In this document: positions 1 through 13,035 of the stretch, piece after piece
Numbering within the stretch: the first letter of the stretch is position 1
How the letters are laid out: each line of letters opens with the position of its first letter
Notes under the pieces: generated by a model
Told to the model about the DNA's origin: nothing
The model's database searches: none
The model's input: only the letters and a program-made list of their open reading frames with translations
Made by a program: the position numbers and the translations under genes
Source of the DNA: Hemiscyllium ocellatum
Taxonomy: Eukaryota
Length of the DNA stretch: 64,000 nt
NCBI RefSeq assembly: GCF_020745735.1
Contig: NC_083417.1
Location: 75,950,001 to 76,014,000, forward strand
Direction of reading: 5' to 3'

Positions 1-874
1 AAACTCACACAGGCACAGGAAGAATGTGATACTGGTGTTTGAAATAGTGGCCCCGTTTGACATCCAACATCGGAAAATACAAAGGGATACTTTGCTTGGG
101 TAAAAAGGGAAATTGCCATTTTCTCGACCTTTTTTAAAGTCAGGTTGAGTATTATGCACATTTTTGTTGCAAAATAATTTTGTTATAGGATCCCTCTGTC
201 AGTTTCTAGGTTATCTGCAGAACTAATTCAGCTGGAGTAGTGTTTGTCACATGCGAAGGGATACACTGTGTGGTCCGGCCATGCATATTGCATACTTTAT
301 TGTAGTTGGGTAAATTGGCAAAACCTACAGCAATGTTAATTAAACTGATCACATTAATACGTACAAAGAATATTATCAGAGACTTTCATCAGCTCTGCGT
401 CAGAATGCTTCTGACCAAGATTTGAATTTCTCCCTCTATTTCTCTCTGACCATGTTCCATTCACATGTTTCCTCTCGCGTTTCATGTGCTGACATACAGC
501 TCCCATGTGACAGCGCTACATCTCAGTGAGTCACAATAGCAGGAGAATTCCTCAATTTAATCGAATCATTTCGATCAAATGCAATACGTTACCATACAAA
601 CCCGTACCACCTCTTCATGAGATTAGTGCAAAAAGTATTGATTGTGTTTAAAACATATTTGGATACTCCCTCTTCGGCTCTTTTATGCTTTTAGTAACAG
701 TGCTACGTTTTGCTCGAGTTTCAATTTAAGCATATCGTCCAATTTCTTCAAATTTCCTTCTTTCTTCTCATTTCCTTCTTTCATTCGCATGCACCCGATT
801 TGTGACCAACTTTTCCCTCCATACCCTCCACCTTCCACCATTTTTAAATTTCCCATCTCCGCAAAAGGCAAAAT

Positions 875-990
875 CCTGCAGATGCAGGAACAAGCACAGA
901 AAATGTTGGAGAAATTCAGCAGTACTTGCAGCATCTGGAGAGAGAGAAACAGAATTAACTTCCGAGTTTGGTATGACGTCTTCAGAACTG
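875..990 (-). mobile_element. Penelope-like terminal repeat (pLTR) fragment
   Basis: CTGCAGATGC..GAGAAATTCAGCAG..GCAGCATCTGGAGAGAG..TTAAC matches the terminal segment of the larger Penelope copy at 34383-34510; degenerate CTGAAGA..GGAA core on the minus strand. Confidence 0.7.
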
Positions 991-1582
991 AGCGGAGCGC
1001 CCTACAATCCTCCTTTTCGACAAGGACTGCTCACCCAACCTTCCAATGTCTGCATCTCTGTTGCAGTGGCTGCGAACTTCCATCGCCAATGTTTGTGAGA
1101 TTACTTCGTGGTTCCTGCCCTTGCCTCTGTCCCCTTCACCCACCGTGATACACACAGTCTGTGATCATCCTGCACCATTTCCTTTCCCTTGTCCTAGCCA
1201 TCCAGCCCAACGACAATCTTTATGCTTACCACCGCTAATGTAATCCTAATACCAGGTATAGTTTATCTTCCTGTCATGACCCGACCTGATGTTGCTTCCA
1301 AGCAAATCAGAATCCACCATGGAACCAGGCATGGTTGATCATATGTCTAGTTATTTTGACTTAGATCCTGGTTAGTCACGAAACCATATTCTTATGCTTA
1401 TGTTCATTTACAACAGTACAGAAAGTTATCCCACAAAACAGAAAAAAGCCAAAGCAAGTGATCGAGATATAGGCAGCATTTTAGAAATATTGTAACAGAA
1501 ATTGCAAAACAGTACACAAAATCTTTTCTAATCTCATAGGTTCCAGAATTTGGAGAAGTTAGTAATCATATCTTGGGGACAG

Positions 1583-1700
1583 GCGAAAGTGAGGACTGCA
1601 GATGTTGGAGAATAGAGTCGAGAGTGTGGTGTTGGAAAAACACAGCAGGTCAGGCAGCATCTAAGGAACAGGAGAGTCGATGTTTCGGGAAAAAGTCTAA
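1583..1700 (-). mobile_element. Penelope-like terminal repeat fragment
   Basis: GAAAGTGAGGACTGCAGATGTTGGAG..CAGCAGGTCAGGCAGCATC..GTTTCGGG closely matches 34384-34490; followed by about 4 copies of AAGTCTAATC (1693-1734). Confidence 0.8.
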
Positions 1701-1734
1701 TCAAGTCTAAAAAGTCTAATCAAGTCTAATCAAG

Positions 1735-2486
1735 GTAAGAGTTTCGTGGTGAATGGTAGGGCCTTAAGGAGTGTAGTGGAACAGAGGGATCCTGCCGATC
1801 AGGTGCACGGTTAGCTGAAAGTGGAGTCACAGGTAGACAGGGCAATGAAGAAGGAATTTGGCACACTGGCCGTCATCCGTTAGGGCATTGAGTATAGAAG
1901 TTTGGAAGTTATGTTGCACTTGTACAAGATGTTGGTGGGGCCACACTTGGAGTATTGTGCTCATTTATTCCATGAAGGCCTGTATTAAACTAGAAAGATT
2001 GCAGAAGAAATTTACAAGAATGTTGTCAGAACTCAACGGCCTGAGTTATAAGGAGAGGTTGTAGAAGCTCAGAATTTTATATTTCGATTATGGGAGACTA
2101 TATGGAGAACTTATCGAGCTGTATAAAAACATGAGTGGCAGGGATAAAATGAATGCATTTACTCTTTTTCCCAGGTTTAGGGAATAAAGGTGTAGAGGGC
2201 ATCAGTTTAAGAACATAGGGAAAAGAATAAAAGCGAACCTGATAGGCAGTTTTTGAATGCAGGACGTATTTGGAATGAACTGCCAGTGGAAGTGGTTGAG
2301 GTGGGTTCGTTAACAACAATTTAAAGGCATTTGGACACATGCATAGATAGGAAAGGTTTCAAAGGATATGGGCCAAGTGCAGTGAAAAGGAGGTTCACAT
2401 GGAAGGACATTTGGTTCAGCATGGACCAGGTTGGGCCAAATGGCCTATCTCGGTGCCGTCAGACTCTATGACTCTACGACTCTATT
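1735..2486 (+). mobile_element. CR1/HER1-like LINE 3' fragment (degraded RT C-terminus and tail)
   Basis: Frames give LERLQKKFTRMLSELNGLSYKERL, typical of the CR1 ORF2 C-terminus; ends in a (GACTCTAT)n tail. Confidence 0.85.
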
Positions 2487-3019
2487 AGCTTGCTTTTCGT
2501 TCAGAAAAATTAAAGACTCATTTTGTCTTTGATAAACAGAAACTTGAAAGGTTTTCAAAATGGTTCACGGAAAATCTAGTCGAACATTTTCTCCTAGAGG
2601 AGGAAGCACGTTTGGCACAGTTACGAAATAGTTTCCCAATGTCAGGGGTTTACTTTGAAATCTCTCCAGATCGGATGCTTTTGGTTAGAAACCTGAAGGG
2701 ATTATGTGAAGCTAAGAATGTTGATGCTCAGTTGTATAAATCATCAAAGAGTATGGTGTGAAACTCTCAAGACTAGAGACTAAAATTAATAGTTAAGTCA
2801 ATCAATTGATGTATAGAAGCTCAGTATTTGTGCAATGTATAGTCGTGGTCTTGGGTGTGGGTGCAATTTTCTTCTGCCACGTTTCAAAATATTTCAAATT
2901 TTATTACCTAAAAATCACTTCTTTATTTTATTTTTCTTCATTTGTTTTATGCAACAAATTTATGTGATATGTATTGGGCTGCCCATATTTGAAAGACACA
3001 AGATATTCGACAATGGATA

Positions 3020-3700
3020 AACAAAATTAGCAAGCCTGCTCCAATATTTAGACACAATCGAAAATCAAACAAAAATATGGTCTGGGACCAGATTTCTCAT
3101 CATAAAAGAGAAAGTCTTATTAATTTACAAAGAGGCTAAATAAAGAAGCTTAAAGCGCTACAAATGTGCGTGCTTTTTGTGCCATTAGTGGCTAGTTTGC
3201 TGGATGTAAGGACCATTATGCTTTTCATGATGCACAACTATGTGGTGAAGCTGCCAGTGCAGACGGGGTACGCACGGTGACGTTTCCAAACAGTCAGAAG
3301 ACAATGAGCCACAGCTATCCACTTCTGCATTAATTATTTTTTTTCCCTAAACCTGCAACCATACCTGCACCTGAAGTTGATGATGAGGATGACCCTCAGA
3401 CCCTGTATTAATAAATGACCAACCTCAACACCACCCTCCTCCCCATAAAGCTATATGCAATTATTTTCAAGGTAAAAATTAAATTTACTGTATTATTTCA
3501 TTATGAGATATGAATTTAAGCTTTAGTAAAACTGTGCTATCCTTTGTGTTAGGCTAAGTATTATATTTGTTTCAATTTTGAATAACATCAGTCTGCTCCA
3601 AATCTATTTTTTCCACAACTGTTATCTTTTTTACATGATGTTGTATAGCGTGAGGTCGCACACGAATGAACTATCACATTATAGCTGAAAGGACTAATTG
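3020..3700 (+). mobile_element. Tigger/pogo DNA transposon remnant
   Basis: Frame reads AFCAISG*FAGCKDHYAFHDAQLCGEAASADG (GEAASAD at 3244-3264, the Tigger CENP-B-type motif); the 3' end resembles the reverse complement of the terminus at ~42998. Confidence 0.7.
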
Positions 3701-5386
3701 AAGAAATAATTAAACATAATGAACGTCTGCTCCAGCGTTTAAGTGAAATACCATGGTTCCTTTGAACAATAGCTACTTCAAATAGCAATCAGAGACATTT
3801 TTATGAGAGGATGTTCAAGGGCAGACAGTTTGAAGTTTGCAACAAACATTGAAGACGCTAAAACATTTGCACTGACAAACACAGGTGAATTGATGGGATT
3901 GTGGCTCGTAAAACTCTGAAGGATCAAACAAGTTCATTAAACTATTATTTTGTAGCAATCAGCTGTTTCTTCGATGTTATTCATAATATTAAGAAATAGG
4001 TTCTAGTTAGATTCTTCAGTTAATCACAAATTTAGATATCAGCTTAATTATGAATACACATTTATAACCAAAATGTAATAGAAGTACAAAAGGATGCCTG
4101 GTGTGACTTGTGCGAAACAAATTGCTTGTAATTCATTAGCTAAACAGTGCTAACAGTAGAAATAACTGTACAAATTTTCATATCACTAATTTTATAATAG
4201 AAATTAATATGAAGAATCTTATAGCAGTTATTTAGAACCAACAGGGTTTTTTTAATATACTTGTAATATACATACTTGGGACAATGGGAAAAAAAAATGA
4301 AGAGCAACAGAATTTGATAGACACAGCACAAATAATACAATAAATAACAGAATTCACGCAGTCCTTAGAGCCAAGCAAGATTGAAACGTGACCAAAGGAA
4401 TGTGGCTAATAGCATGGAAATATAAATTACTTGGATGCATAGAAATATCCTAAGGCCTGGAAATGATAATATCTGGAAACCTGGAGTTGTCCAAAAGAGT
4501 ATTGATCATTGATTAGTTTTTTCACATTATTGGTTGCGTCGGGGTAGCACATATTGACCACGTTGTTTGTGATTATTGTAACACAAAATGTATAAAAACT
4601 GTTGTTTCTCGTTGTGAAAATCACTGTGCCATTGATCACTGATCTGATCTGAGCAGAATATTAAAGGAACAACTGCATTCTTATGTCAAGACCAGATTCA
4701 GGGAAGATCTTTGCCTCTCTCATTGCATGAACTGGTGGTTGTTTGTACAACAATAGAGATTGCCATGTGCCTGAATCCCACCCGCCAATGCCTTCGTCCC
4801 TGGACAGAGGGCTTCCCTCTTACAGTATGTTCAAAACAAATTGATAATTTTATGTTTATGTTTATGATTTTGTGAAAGATCACCATGTTAAACAAATAAA
4901 ACAAAATGTATTGATCAGATTTAACATGGGATTTGAATTATCTGGTAAACCAATCATTTAGAATCATAAGAATGCTTTTTAATGTAGAATAATAACTCTT
5001 GTGCATTCCATTCATGTCCATCTGCTGGTGTCTTTGCCTGCCTGAATGCTCATCTGCAGTATTACCCTTTTGGTTGCTCAATGGCTGTTTTATAATTTTG
5101 AAGGGAAGAGATTATTAATGAACTTTAAAGACAAATTCAAGTATTTCTGAGCCTTAAAAGCCAGGCATCCTATTGCACTATCTAATCATGTGTTATAACA
5201 GCATGGAGTAGTGACAGCAGAAGAGATAACAGCAAGGGCAGAGATGAATGGAAGATGCGGGAGGATAGAGACCAACAGGAGCCTCAGGTTGTCTCTGTGT
5301 TGCTTGAAACACATTGGAGATAATTTAGCTCACCTGCTGTGATATCCTTCAAGACTCTCTGCAGTTTGATGACAGCAAATGATGAT

Positions 5387-5700
5387 GGGCGGCACGGTGG
5401 CACAGTAGTTAGCACCGCTGCCTCACAGCGCCTGAGACCTGGGTTCAATTCCCGACTCAGGCGACTGACTGTGTGGAGTTTGCACGTTCTCCCTGTGTCT
5501 GCGTGGGTTTCCTCTGGGTGCTCCGGTTTCCTCCCACAGTCCAAAGATGTGCGGGTCAGGTGAATTGGCTATGCTAAATTGCCCGTAGTGTTAGGTAAGG
5601 GGTAAATGTTGGGGTATGGGTGGGTTGCGCTTCGGCGGGTCAGTGTGGACTTGTTGGGCCGAAGGGCCTGTTTCCACACTGTAAGTAATCTAATCAATCT
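5387..5700 (+). mobile_element. HE1-type tRNA-derived V-SINE, young full-length copy
   Basis: A-box-like TGGCACAGTAGTT, B-box GGTTCAATTCC, conserved core GTGTGGAGTTTGCACGTTCTCCC, CR1-like tail ending (TAATC)n. Confidence 0.92.
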
Positions 5701-5782
5701 GAGTGTGAACTTCTTTGGAGTAACGTAAAGTTGCAGGAGAAACATCGAAGCATGCCTATGGCTACAATCTAACCTTCCACTG

Positions 5783-6078
5783 TAGATTACATTACTTACA
5801 GTGTGGAAACAGGCCCTTCGGCCCAACAAGTCCACACTGATAGTCTGAAGACCCACCGAGACCCAATTCCCCTATATTTACTCCTTCACCTAACACTACG
5901 GGCAATTTAGCATGGCCAATTCACCTAACCTGCACATCTTTGGACTGTGAGAGGAAATCCACGCAGACACGGGGAGAAAGTGCAAACTTCACACAGACAG
6001 TTGCCTGAGGCGGGAATTGAACTCGGGTCTCTGGTTCTATGAGGCAGCATTGCTTACCATTGTGCCGCCGTGCCACCC
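5783..6078 (-). mobile_element. HE1-type SINE
   Basis: Reverse-complement copy of the same family, tail-to-tail with 5387-5700. Confidence 0.9.
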
Positions 6079-6199
6079 AAGCTACGATAGTACCTTTACA
6101 TTTGTGAAAATTGTTCATTCTACAACGAAATGCGAAGTACTCTCCAGCAGGCAGTGGCACGCTGTTGTGTCTACATGTATGCTAATAAAGTTAACAACA

Positions 6200-6580
6200 A
6201 TTGTATACTAGACAGGATGAGGCCAACCTCCAATTCGGTCATGTTCCTCATCATTCAAGCTTTCTTTTCATTGTGGTAACCCATCACCCTGATTTTGCAG
6301 CTTGCTCATTGAAATTCTTCTTTGTTTCCACTTCAGCAAATCTCTTCCATGGCATTACTATCCAAGAAGGTGGCCCTCATGGGATTATTGCTTCCTATCC
6401 TGGTGGTAGCCCATAATCTCATCAGGTGCAGATTCTGTCCTGAAGGTATACTTCAACATAAGTCCAATGTCAAGAGTTTATTTTTGCTAACGTGAAGTCC
6501 CAAAATGGGGCTGTCTCTTCAGAGCTGACCCTCTTCTGGGTCTTCCTTCAATATATTGCCAGCTCAAGTATCTGAAAGGG
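6200..6580 (+). mobile_element. Possible RTE-clade LINE RT remnant
   Basis: Stop-interrupted frame ..EGGPHGIIASYPGGSP*SHQVQIL..FANVKSQNGAVSSELTLFWVFL weakly resembles RTE RT (EGLW..L.FGCP..GVKQGCVIAPTLFSIFL). Confidence 0.3.
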
Positions 6581-6689
6581 ATTTGGCATAAATGCAAGGT
6601 TTTCCTTTGGCAAGAAAGGGAAAGATGAGGTAATGCACGGTTACAACATTTACAGCTTGCACGTCAGAACATATTGTGGGCTGACGGCA

Positions 6690-7005
6690 ACATCATGGAA
6701 TGATAGAATCACTACAGTGCGGAAACCGGGCCTTCGGCACAACGAGTCCACACCAACCCCTTCGAAGAGTAACCCACCCAGACCCAATCCCCTTCCCTGT
6801 TATCCTACATTTTTTCCCTGACCAAGGCACCTAACCTGCATATACCTGAGCAGTATGCATAATTTAACATGGTCAATGCACCTAACCTGCACATATTTGG
6901 ACTGTGGGAAGAAACCAGAGCATCAGGAGGCAATCCACGCAGACACTGGGAAAATATGCAAACTGCACAACAGGCAAGCTGAAACTGGAATCAAACCTGG
7001 TTTTC
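6690..7005 (-). mobile_element. Older HE1-related SINE
   Basis: GGACTGTGGGAAGAAACCAGAGCA..CCACGCAGACAC core, diverged from the young copies. Confidence 0.8.
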
Positions 7006-7879
7006 TTTGGTTACTGCTTTCGAGGAAACTGAATGCGTCCTGAAAGGAAAAAATAAACAGTGATGTCGGGAAAGTGTACGAGTGGTAGAAGACTATTTCC
7101 CTTGCTCCACAGAAAAAAAATAGTCAAAAGGCCTCCTTCTTAGCTGTATTGATCTTTTCAACTGATCTGTGAAACATATAAGTTACCATTTTGCATAAAT
7201 ATGTCTTATACAAAGTCCAGACACCATGCTCTTCATCAAAGAGATATAGAGTGCAGACATAAAAAAAGTTATAAATTAACCACCTCAAGTTCATCCAAAA
7301 TTAGTTTTATGTGGAAATCTGAGTAGCAGACTTCATGAAACTTCTTGAAATGTCTCAACTTTATTTAAATTGTTATATAATAAAATAACAGAGGCCTTTT
7401 GCCATGGAGACGGACATTCAGCCCAACTCGTCCATTCTGAATACAACAAAATTGGAAATTGCTTGAGAAACTCAGCATGTCTGGCAACACTTATGGAGAG
7501 AAAGCAGAGTCCATATTACCAGTCCAATGATCCTTCTTTATGCTTCACTTGATCCTCCTGTTATCTATTCTCTGTGTCTTTCCAAAACAAAATGAATAAA
7601 ATTCATCAATATAAATGTTCTCCATTGAAACCTACAATATTTATTCATTAGTATGTGTTGATTTATTTTCATTTCTCGACATTCCTCTAATCCCTCCATT
7701 CCACTAAATCCATTATTTTCTCATCACCAGTCAAGTTTACTCTTCTAAAATCAGTTAAGTCACATTGAATAAAACACACCAAGTTCATGCTGAATTCACC
7801 TGGCTACAAGGTGCCAGGCACTTAAAGAAATAAAAGACGAAAATGCAAATTAACAACCTCAAATTAAAAAAAAATCAAA

Positions 7880-8130
7880 GTTAACAATGTAATCCAACCT
7901 CTGTATTGCCCTGCGATCATGGAAAGCCTCCAGCGTGGTAGTTCACACTGCATGCTTCTTATCGAAGGTCACTTAAGCGTGGTCATAGCCATGAACGAGG
8001 CACAGGTACTCAAGCCAAATGACTTTGTCAACCACCAATATCTGAATCTATTTATGGCCACTTTGCCAAACTGTTTATGGCGACTTTGGCGATTATCAGG
8101 AACAGACCAACTTACTGGTCTGTAATGCAC
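7880..8130 (-). mobile_element. Tx1/L1-clade LINE ORF2 C-terminal remnant
   Basis: Mixed frames give VGLFLIIAKVAINRFR..and HAV*TTTLEAFHDRRA, resembling the shark Tx1 C-terminus LAKVAINRSR..EHAVST.TLEAFRDRWA. Confidence 0.6.
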
Positions 8131-8304
8131 CATTCTTAAAAATGAATATTATATTAGCTACCAGAATTCCCGATGGTATTGCAAGTCTTTTTTTCTACTC
8201 CTAATCAATGTTACATATAATAATGCTTCTATTTTCTCTTCCATTGATTATTTTGAAATGCTCTGAAGCAATCACAGAGAAATGGATTAAGCTTTATTTA
8301 GAAT

Positions 8305-10480
8305 ACTGAACATAGAACATAAAACGTCACAGTAAAAGCCATTTGACCCTCGATGTTGTGTTGGCCGAGTATCCTACTTGACGATCAAACTAACCAATAG
8401 ACTGTTCATTGTACTAACTTCCATGTGCCAATCCAATAGTAGCTTAAAATTCCCTTGTGTAAATGATTCTACAACCACTACTGGCAGCGTATTCCATGCA
8501 CCCACCACTCTCTGAGTAAAGAACTTATCTCTGACATCTCCTCTAAACCTTCTTCAAACTATCTTAAAAGTATGCCCCCTCGTCATAAATATTTCCACCA
8601 TAAAAAAAGGCATCTGGCTATCCATTCTATCTATGCCTCTCAACATCTGGACGCCTCCATCAAGTCACCTCTCATCCTTCTTCACGACAATGAGAAACGT
8701 CCTAGCTCCCTAAACCCTTCTTCATAAGGCATACCCTCCAGTCCAGACAGCATCCTTGAAAATCTCCACAGCACCCTCTCTAGAGCTTCCACATCGTTCC
8801 TTTAATGAGGCGACCAGAGCTGAACACCACATTCTAAGTTTCGTATAATCAGGTCTCTGTGGAGCTGCAGCATAACCTCACAGCTCTTAAACTCAATGCC
8901 CCTGCTAATGAAAGCCAACACAATACATGCCTTCTTAACAGCCCTATCAACCTAGTTGGCAACTTGGAGGGATCTTTGGATGTGGACCCTAAGATCCTTT
9001 TGTTCCTTTTCTGCATTCAGTTTCAACCTTTCAAAGTGAATGACTTCACACTTTTCCATGTTGAACTCCATCTGCCACTTCTCAGCCTAGCTCTCCATCA
9101 TGTCAGTGGTCAGTTGCAACCTACAACAGCCCTCCACATTATATACAACTCTACCAACCTTCGTGTCGTTAGCAATCTTACTAACCCACCCTTCCACTTC
9201 CTCATCCAAGTCATTTATAAAAATCACAAAGAGCAGCGGTCCCAGTTCAGATCCCTGCAGAAAACCACTGGTCAGCAAGATCCAGGCTGAATACTTTAAT
9301 CTACCACCACTTTCTGTCTTCTATGCATCAGCCAATTCTGTAGCCAGACAGCCAAATTTCCCTGTATCCTATGCCTCTTTTCTTTTTGAATGGGCCTACC
9401 ATAGGGAACTTCATCAAACGATTTGCTAAAATCCATATAGAGCACATCCATTGCTCTACCTTCATCAACGTGTTTTGACACATGCTCAAAGAAGTCAATA
9501 TGGTTTGTGAGGTGTGACCTGCCCCTCACAAAGCCGTGCTGACTATCTCTAATCAACATATGTTTTCCCAAGTAGTCATAAATTCTGTCTCTCTGAATCC
9601 TCTCCAACACTTTGCCCACCACTGATGTAAGACTGACTGCTCTGTATTTCCCGGGATTATTACTATTCCCTTTCTTGAACAAGGAAATAACATTTGCCAC
9701 CCACCAATCATCTGGCACTACTCAAGTGGACAGTGAAGATGCAACGATCACCGTTAAAGGTGCAGCAATTCCTTCCTCACTTCCTGTAGTAATCTAGGGT
9801 TTATCCCACTGTCCCATGGGATTTATTTATCATTATGTTTTTTTTTTCAAAATGTTCAGCACATCCTCCTTCCTAACATCAACATGTTCCACCCTATCAG
9901 TCTGTTTCACACTGTCTTCAGAAATATCAAGATCCCTCTCAGAAATGAACACTAAAGCAAAGTTTTCATTAAGGACCTTCCACTTCCCCAACTACAGGCT
10001 CAAGTTCCTTCCACTATCCTCGCTATGGCCATCCTCTTATTCCTCACTGAAGTGTTGAATGCCTTAAAGTTTTCCTTAATAAAACCCACTAAAGCTTTTC
10101 CTGCCCCCTTCTCACTTATTTAAATACATTCTTCAGTTCCTTCCTGACTACCTTGTAAACCTCTAATGTCCTGACTTGCCCCACTTCCTCAACCTGAAGT
10201 AAGCTTCCTTCTTCCTCTTGACTAAATGATCCACATCCCTTGTCACTCGTGGTTCTTTCAATCTACCAGCCCTTCTTTGCCTCAGTGGGACAATCTATCC
10301 AGCATGATCAGCAAGTGCTTCCTAGACAACCTCCATATTTCTGTTGTGCATTTCTCTGAGAGCATCTGTTCCCATTTTAGGTGCCCCACTTCCTGCCTAA
10401 TAGCATTGAAATTCTCCCTCTCCCAAATAAGTACTTTCCCATAACGTCTGCTACTGTCCCTCTCCATTTCACCATATTTG
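8305..10480 (-). mobile_element. CR1 LINE, degraded ORF2 (tether + RT + 3' tail)
   Basis: ORFs 9296-9718 (PDDWWVANV..PGKYRAVSLTSVVGK..QHGFVRGRS..DFSKSFD) and 9087-9278 (QGSELGPLLFVIFINDLD). Confidence 0.92.
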
Positions 10481-10799
10481 ACTTTGATTCGTTTATTCAA
10501 TCTATTCCATTTAATGTATTTAAATGTAATGATCACATTCCTGATCACACTGCCCACTCTCACATCAACCTTCTCGTCAATTTTAAGGTTTATATAATCT
10601 GTTGTTATCTATTATTATTTTCCTTCCTTACTCTGAATGTGCCTGTCTCCAATCCTGCCCCCCTTTACATTAAATTGGTGCCCCCAGACAAAATTTTACA
10701 ATGTACTCGTTTGATTCTAATTTTAAAAATTGTGTTCTTATTAGTACTTCCATTTTGCATCCCCACCATCAGTCCTTTCACTGAGTAGTTAAAACAGTC

Positions 10800-11490
10800 A
10801 TAGAATTATTGAGATTTTGTAGTATGGAAACGGGCCCTTCAACTCATGCATCCATAACATCATCTAACTATACTAATCTCATTTTTAGGCACTAGATCTG
10901 CATCTTTGTATGCTACAGCATTTCAAATGCTCATCTAAATACTCCAAATTATTGTTGGTACCTGTCTCTATCATGTTTTTTTTTAATGTGCTGAGTGCCA
11001 GATACCAACCAACGTATGGATGGAAAAAAACTGCCTCTCTAAATATACTTCCCCTTTCCTTGAAATATTTTCCCCCGATCACTGGACATTCTACAAGGTG
11101 GGGTTGGAGTGGGGGAATTTCTCCTACCTATCCTCTCTATGTACACCTTATTTAGGTCCTAGCCAGCCTTCTCAGTGCCAAGAAAAAGAATCTCAAAATA
11201 CACAGCCTCTTTGCAGAGTTGATTATTTTCATCCGAGCCATCATCCTGGTCAAACACCAGTTTTCTGCAATCACATGCCTTTTCTATCACGTGACAAACA
11301 GAACTTTTAATAACAGTCCAGTTTTGACATGAGTCAAATTATAAACTGCTCTATCATAACTTTCATTCTGTTGTTTACAATGCCTTGACTAATAAAAGCA
11401 TGTGACTCATGTGCCTTCTGAAACAAATTAACAGCAACACTTTGAAGGAACTATGGACATGCATAGCAAGGTTCTCTGATATTGTGTAGT
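10800..11490 (-). mobile_element. Degraded CR1 3' fragments
   Basis: GAAACGGGCCCTTCAACTC tail motif and CR1 3' coding-like sequence. Confidence 0.6.
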
Positions 11491-11509
11491 TCATAGGATC
11501 CTACCATCC

Positions 11510-12200
11510 AAGTCTCTTGCCTTGTTAGTCCTCCCAATTGCATTACCTCTCTTATCAAGTCCTATCAATGTGCTGAATATACAAGTCTTTTACCTCTTCA
11601 TATCTTCATGGAGACTTATTCATGTTTACATTGTCCCTCTCCGTTAACTGAACATGGTTATCAGTTGAAAAATATTTTAAATGTTAGCCATTTTTAAATT
11701 CTGTATCATTGTGTCAGTTATGTTGCAATTTTGTTTTCCCAAGTTCCAGTCTCAAACCCTCAAAATCAGGTACATTTTTTTCCAATGAACTAATGTGGTG
11801 TTTACCATAGCTATATACCACTGTATGGGTATCAGACATCTTTTTAGATTGTCGTCACTCTTGCCTCGATGTTCCTCTATTTCACGTATTTTCTTTGGGT
11901 CATTCTCTTCTACTACATCCAATTGTGAATTTCCCTCATTTGTCTGAGGGTCAGAAAAATTCCCTCTACACACTTTTGAATGTCTTTCTCTTGTCCCTTT
12001 TACCTACCTTGCTTTTGAATTCATATCAGAGAGAATGAAGTCCCCATTACTATTACTCCGCCTTTTACTGATCATCCAGATTGGACTCAATGTGCATTCA
12101 CACTCTTCCTGTCCTCTACACACTGATGATCTCTGCTTTTTGGCATTTTTAAAAAATCTCTGTTTATTAGGCTTCATTTTCGAACTAAACTAAACATTAT
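11510..12200 (-). mobile_element. Degraded CR1 endonuclease remnant
   Basis: RGNFSDPQTNEGNSQLDVV..HRGKSDDN resembles the APE GDFN..ILDLVL..LG.SDH motifs. Confidence 0.5.
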
Positions 12201-12369
12201 ATCATCCTTAATAAATGCATCTACTCAACTCTGTTTTCTTATAGTCGTAACTTGAACGAAAGATAAAATGTATTTAAAATTATGAACTTTAATATGCTCC
12301 CTCTGTCAGAAATCCAAATGAACTTTCCAACAACTGCTTCAAGATTAGATCTTTACCAACAATTGAGGC

Positions 12370-13035
12370 CATGGGATCAACAGCAGGTTTATTTGGGAAT
12401 TAGATAGGCTCATGCAATATGAGCATTCTTGACTAGAATACAAAAGAATGGATGTGTTGCTGAGGTTATATAAGGCTCTGATCAGACTGCCTTTGGAATA
12501 TTGTTCACAGTTTTGTTCTCCACATCGAAAAAAGGATGTGATGGCATTGATGGAGTTCCAGAGGAGGTTTACAAGAATAATACCAGTGATGCAGCATTTG
12601 TGATGCAGGAGCTGTTGAAGAATCTGAGTTTGTACAAAAAATGTTTAGAAGGAGGGTGGTGGATTTCATTGAAACTTACTGAATACTGAGGCGAGATGGA
12701 GTGGATTAGGAGAACTTCCATTAATAAGAGAGTGAAGGAGCGGGGGGTGGTGGGGGGGAAGGGCGTACCCTCAGGGTGAAGAGATGACCATTTCAAACTG
12801 AGATGAAGAGAACTTTCTTCGTAGGGTGATGAATCTGTGGGACTCGTTGCCACGGGAAGTTGTGGAGGCAAAGTCATTGAGTGCACTTAAGACAGAGTGA
12901 CATAGGTACATGATTAGTAAGGGGGTCAAAGTTTAACGCGAGAAGGTGGGGGAAATTGGGTTAAGAAATACAGAAGAGATATGAGCAAATGGCTGAACAG
13001 ACTCAATGGGCCAAATAGTCTGATATTGCTCCAAT
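12370..13035 (+). mobile_element. CR1 3' fragment
   Basis: GAGAACTTTCTTCGTAGGGTGATGAATCTGTGG..GTGGAGGCAAAGTCATTG, typical of the CR1 3' end. Confidence 0.75.

Noticed and set aside
239-270. RSS-like AGTGTTTGT..CACTGTG
   Set aside because: Spacer is 16 nt (neither 12 nor 22/23) and no V, D or J coding flank is recognisable
642-1148. 168-aa ORF
   Set aside because: Low-complexity, spans a Penelope terminal fragment, no recognisable domain
5387-5460. tRNA-like A/B boxes
   Set aside because: SINE heads; no cloverleaf or independent tRNA gene
5284-5563. Recurrent ORFs such as DCGRKPEHPEETHADTGRTCKLH (also at 23.8, 28.7 and 30.5 kb)
   Set aside because: Translations of the HE1 SINE core, not a gene family
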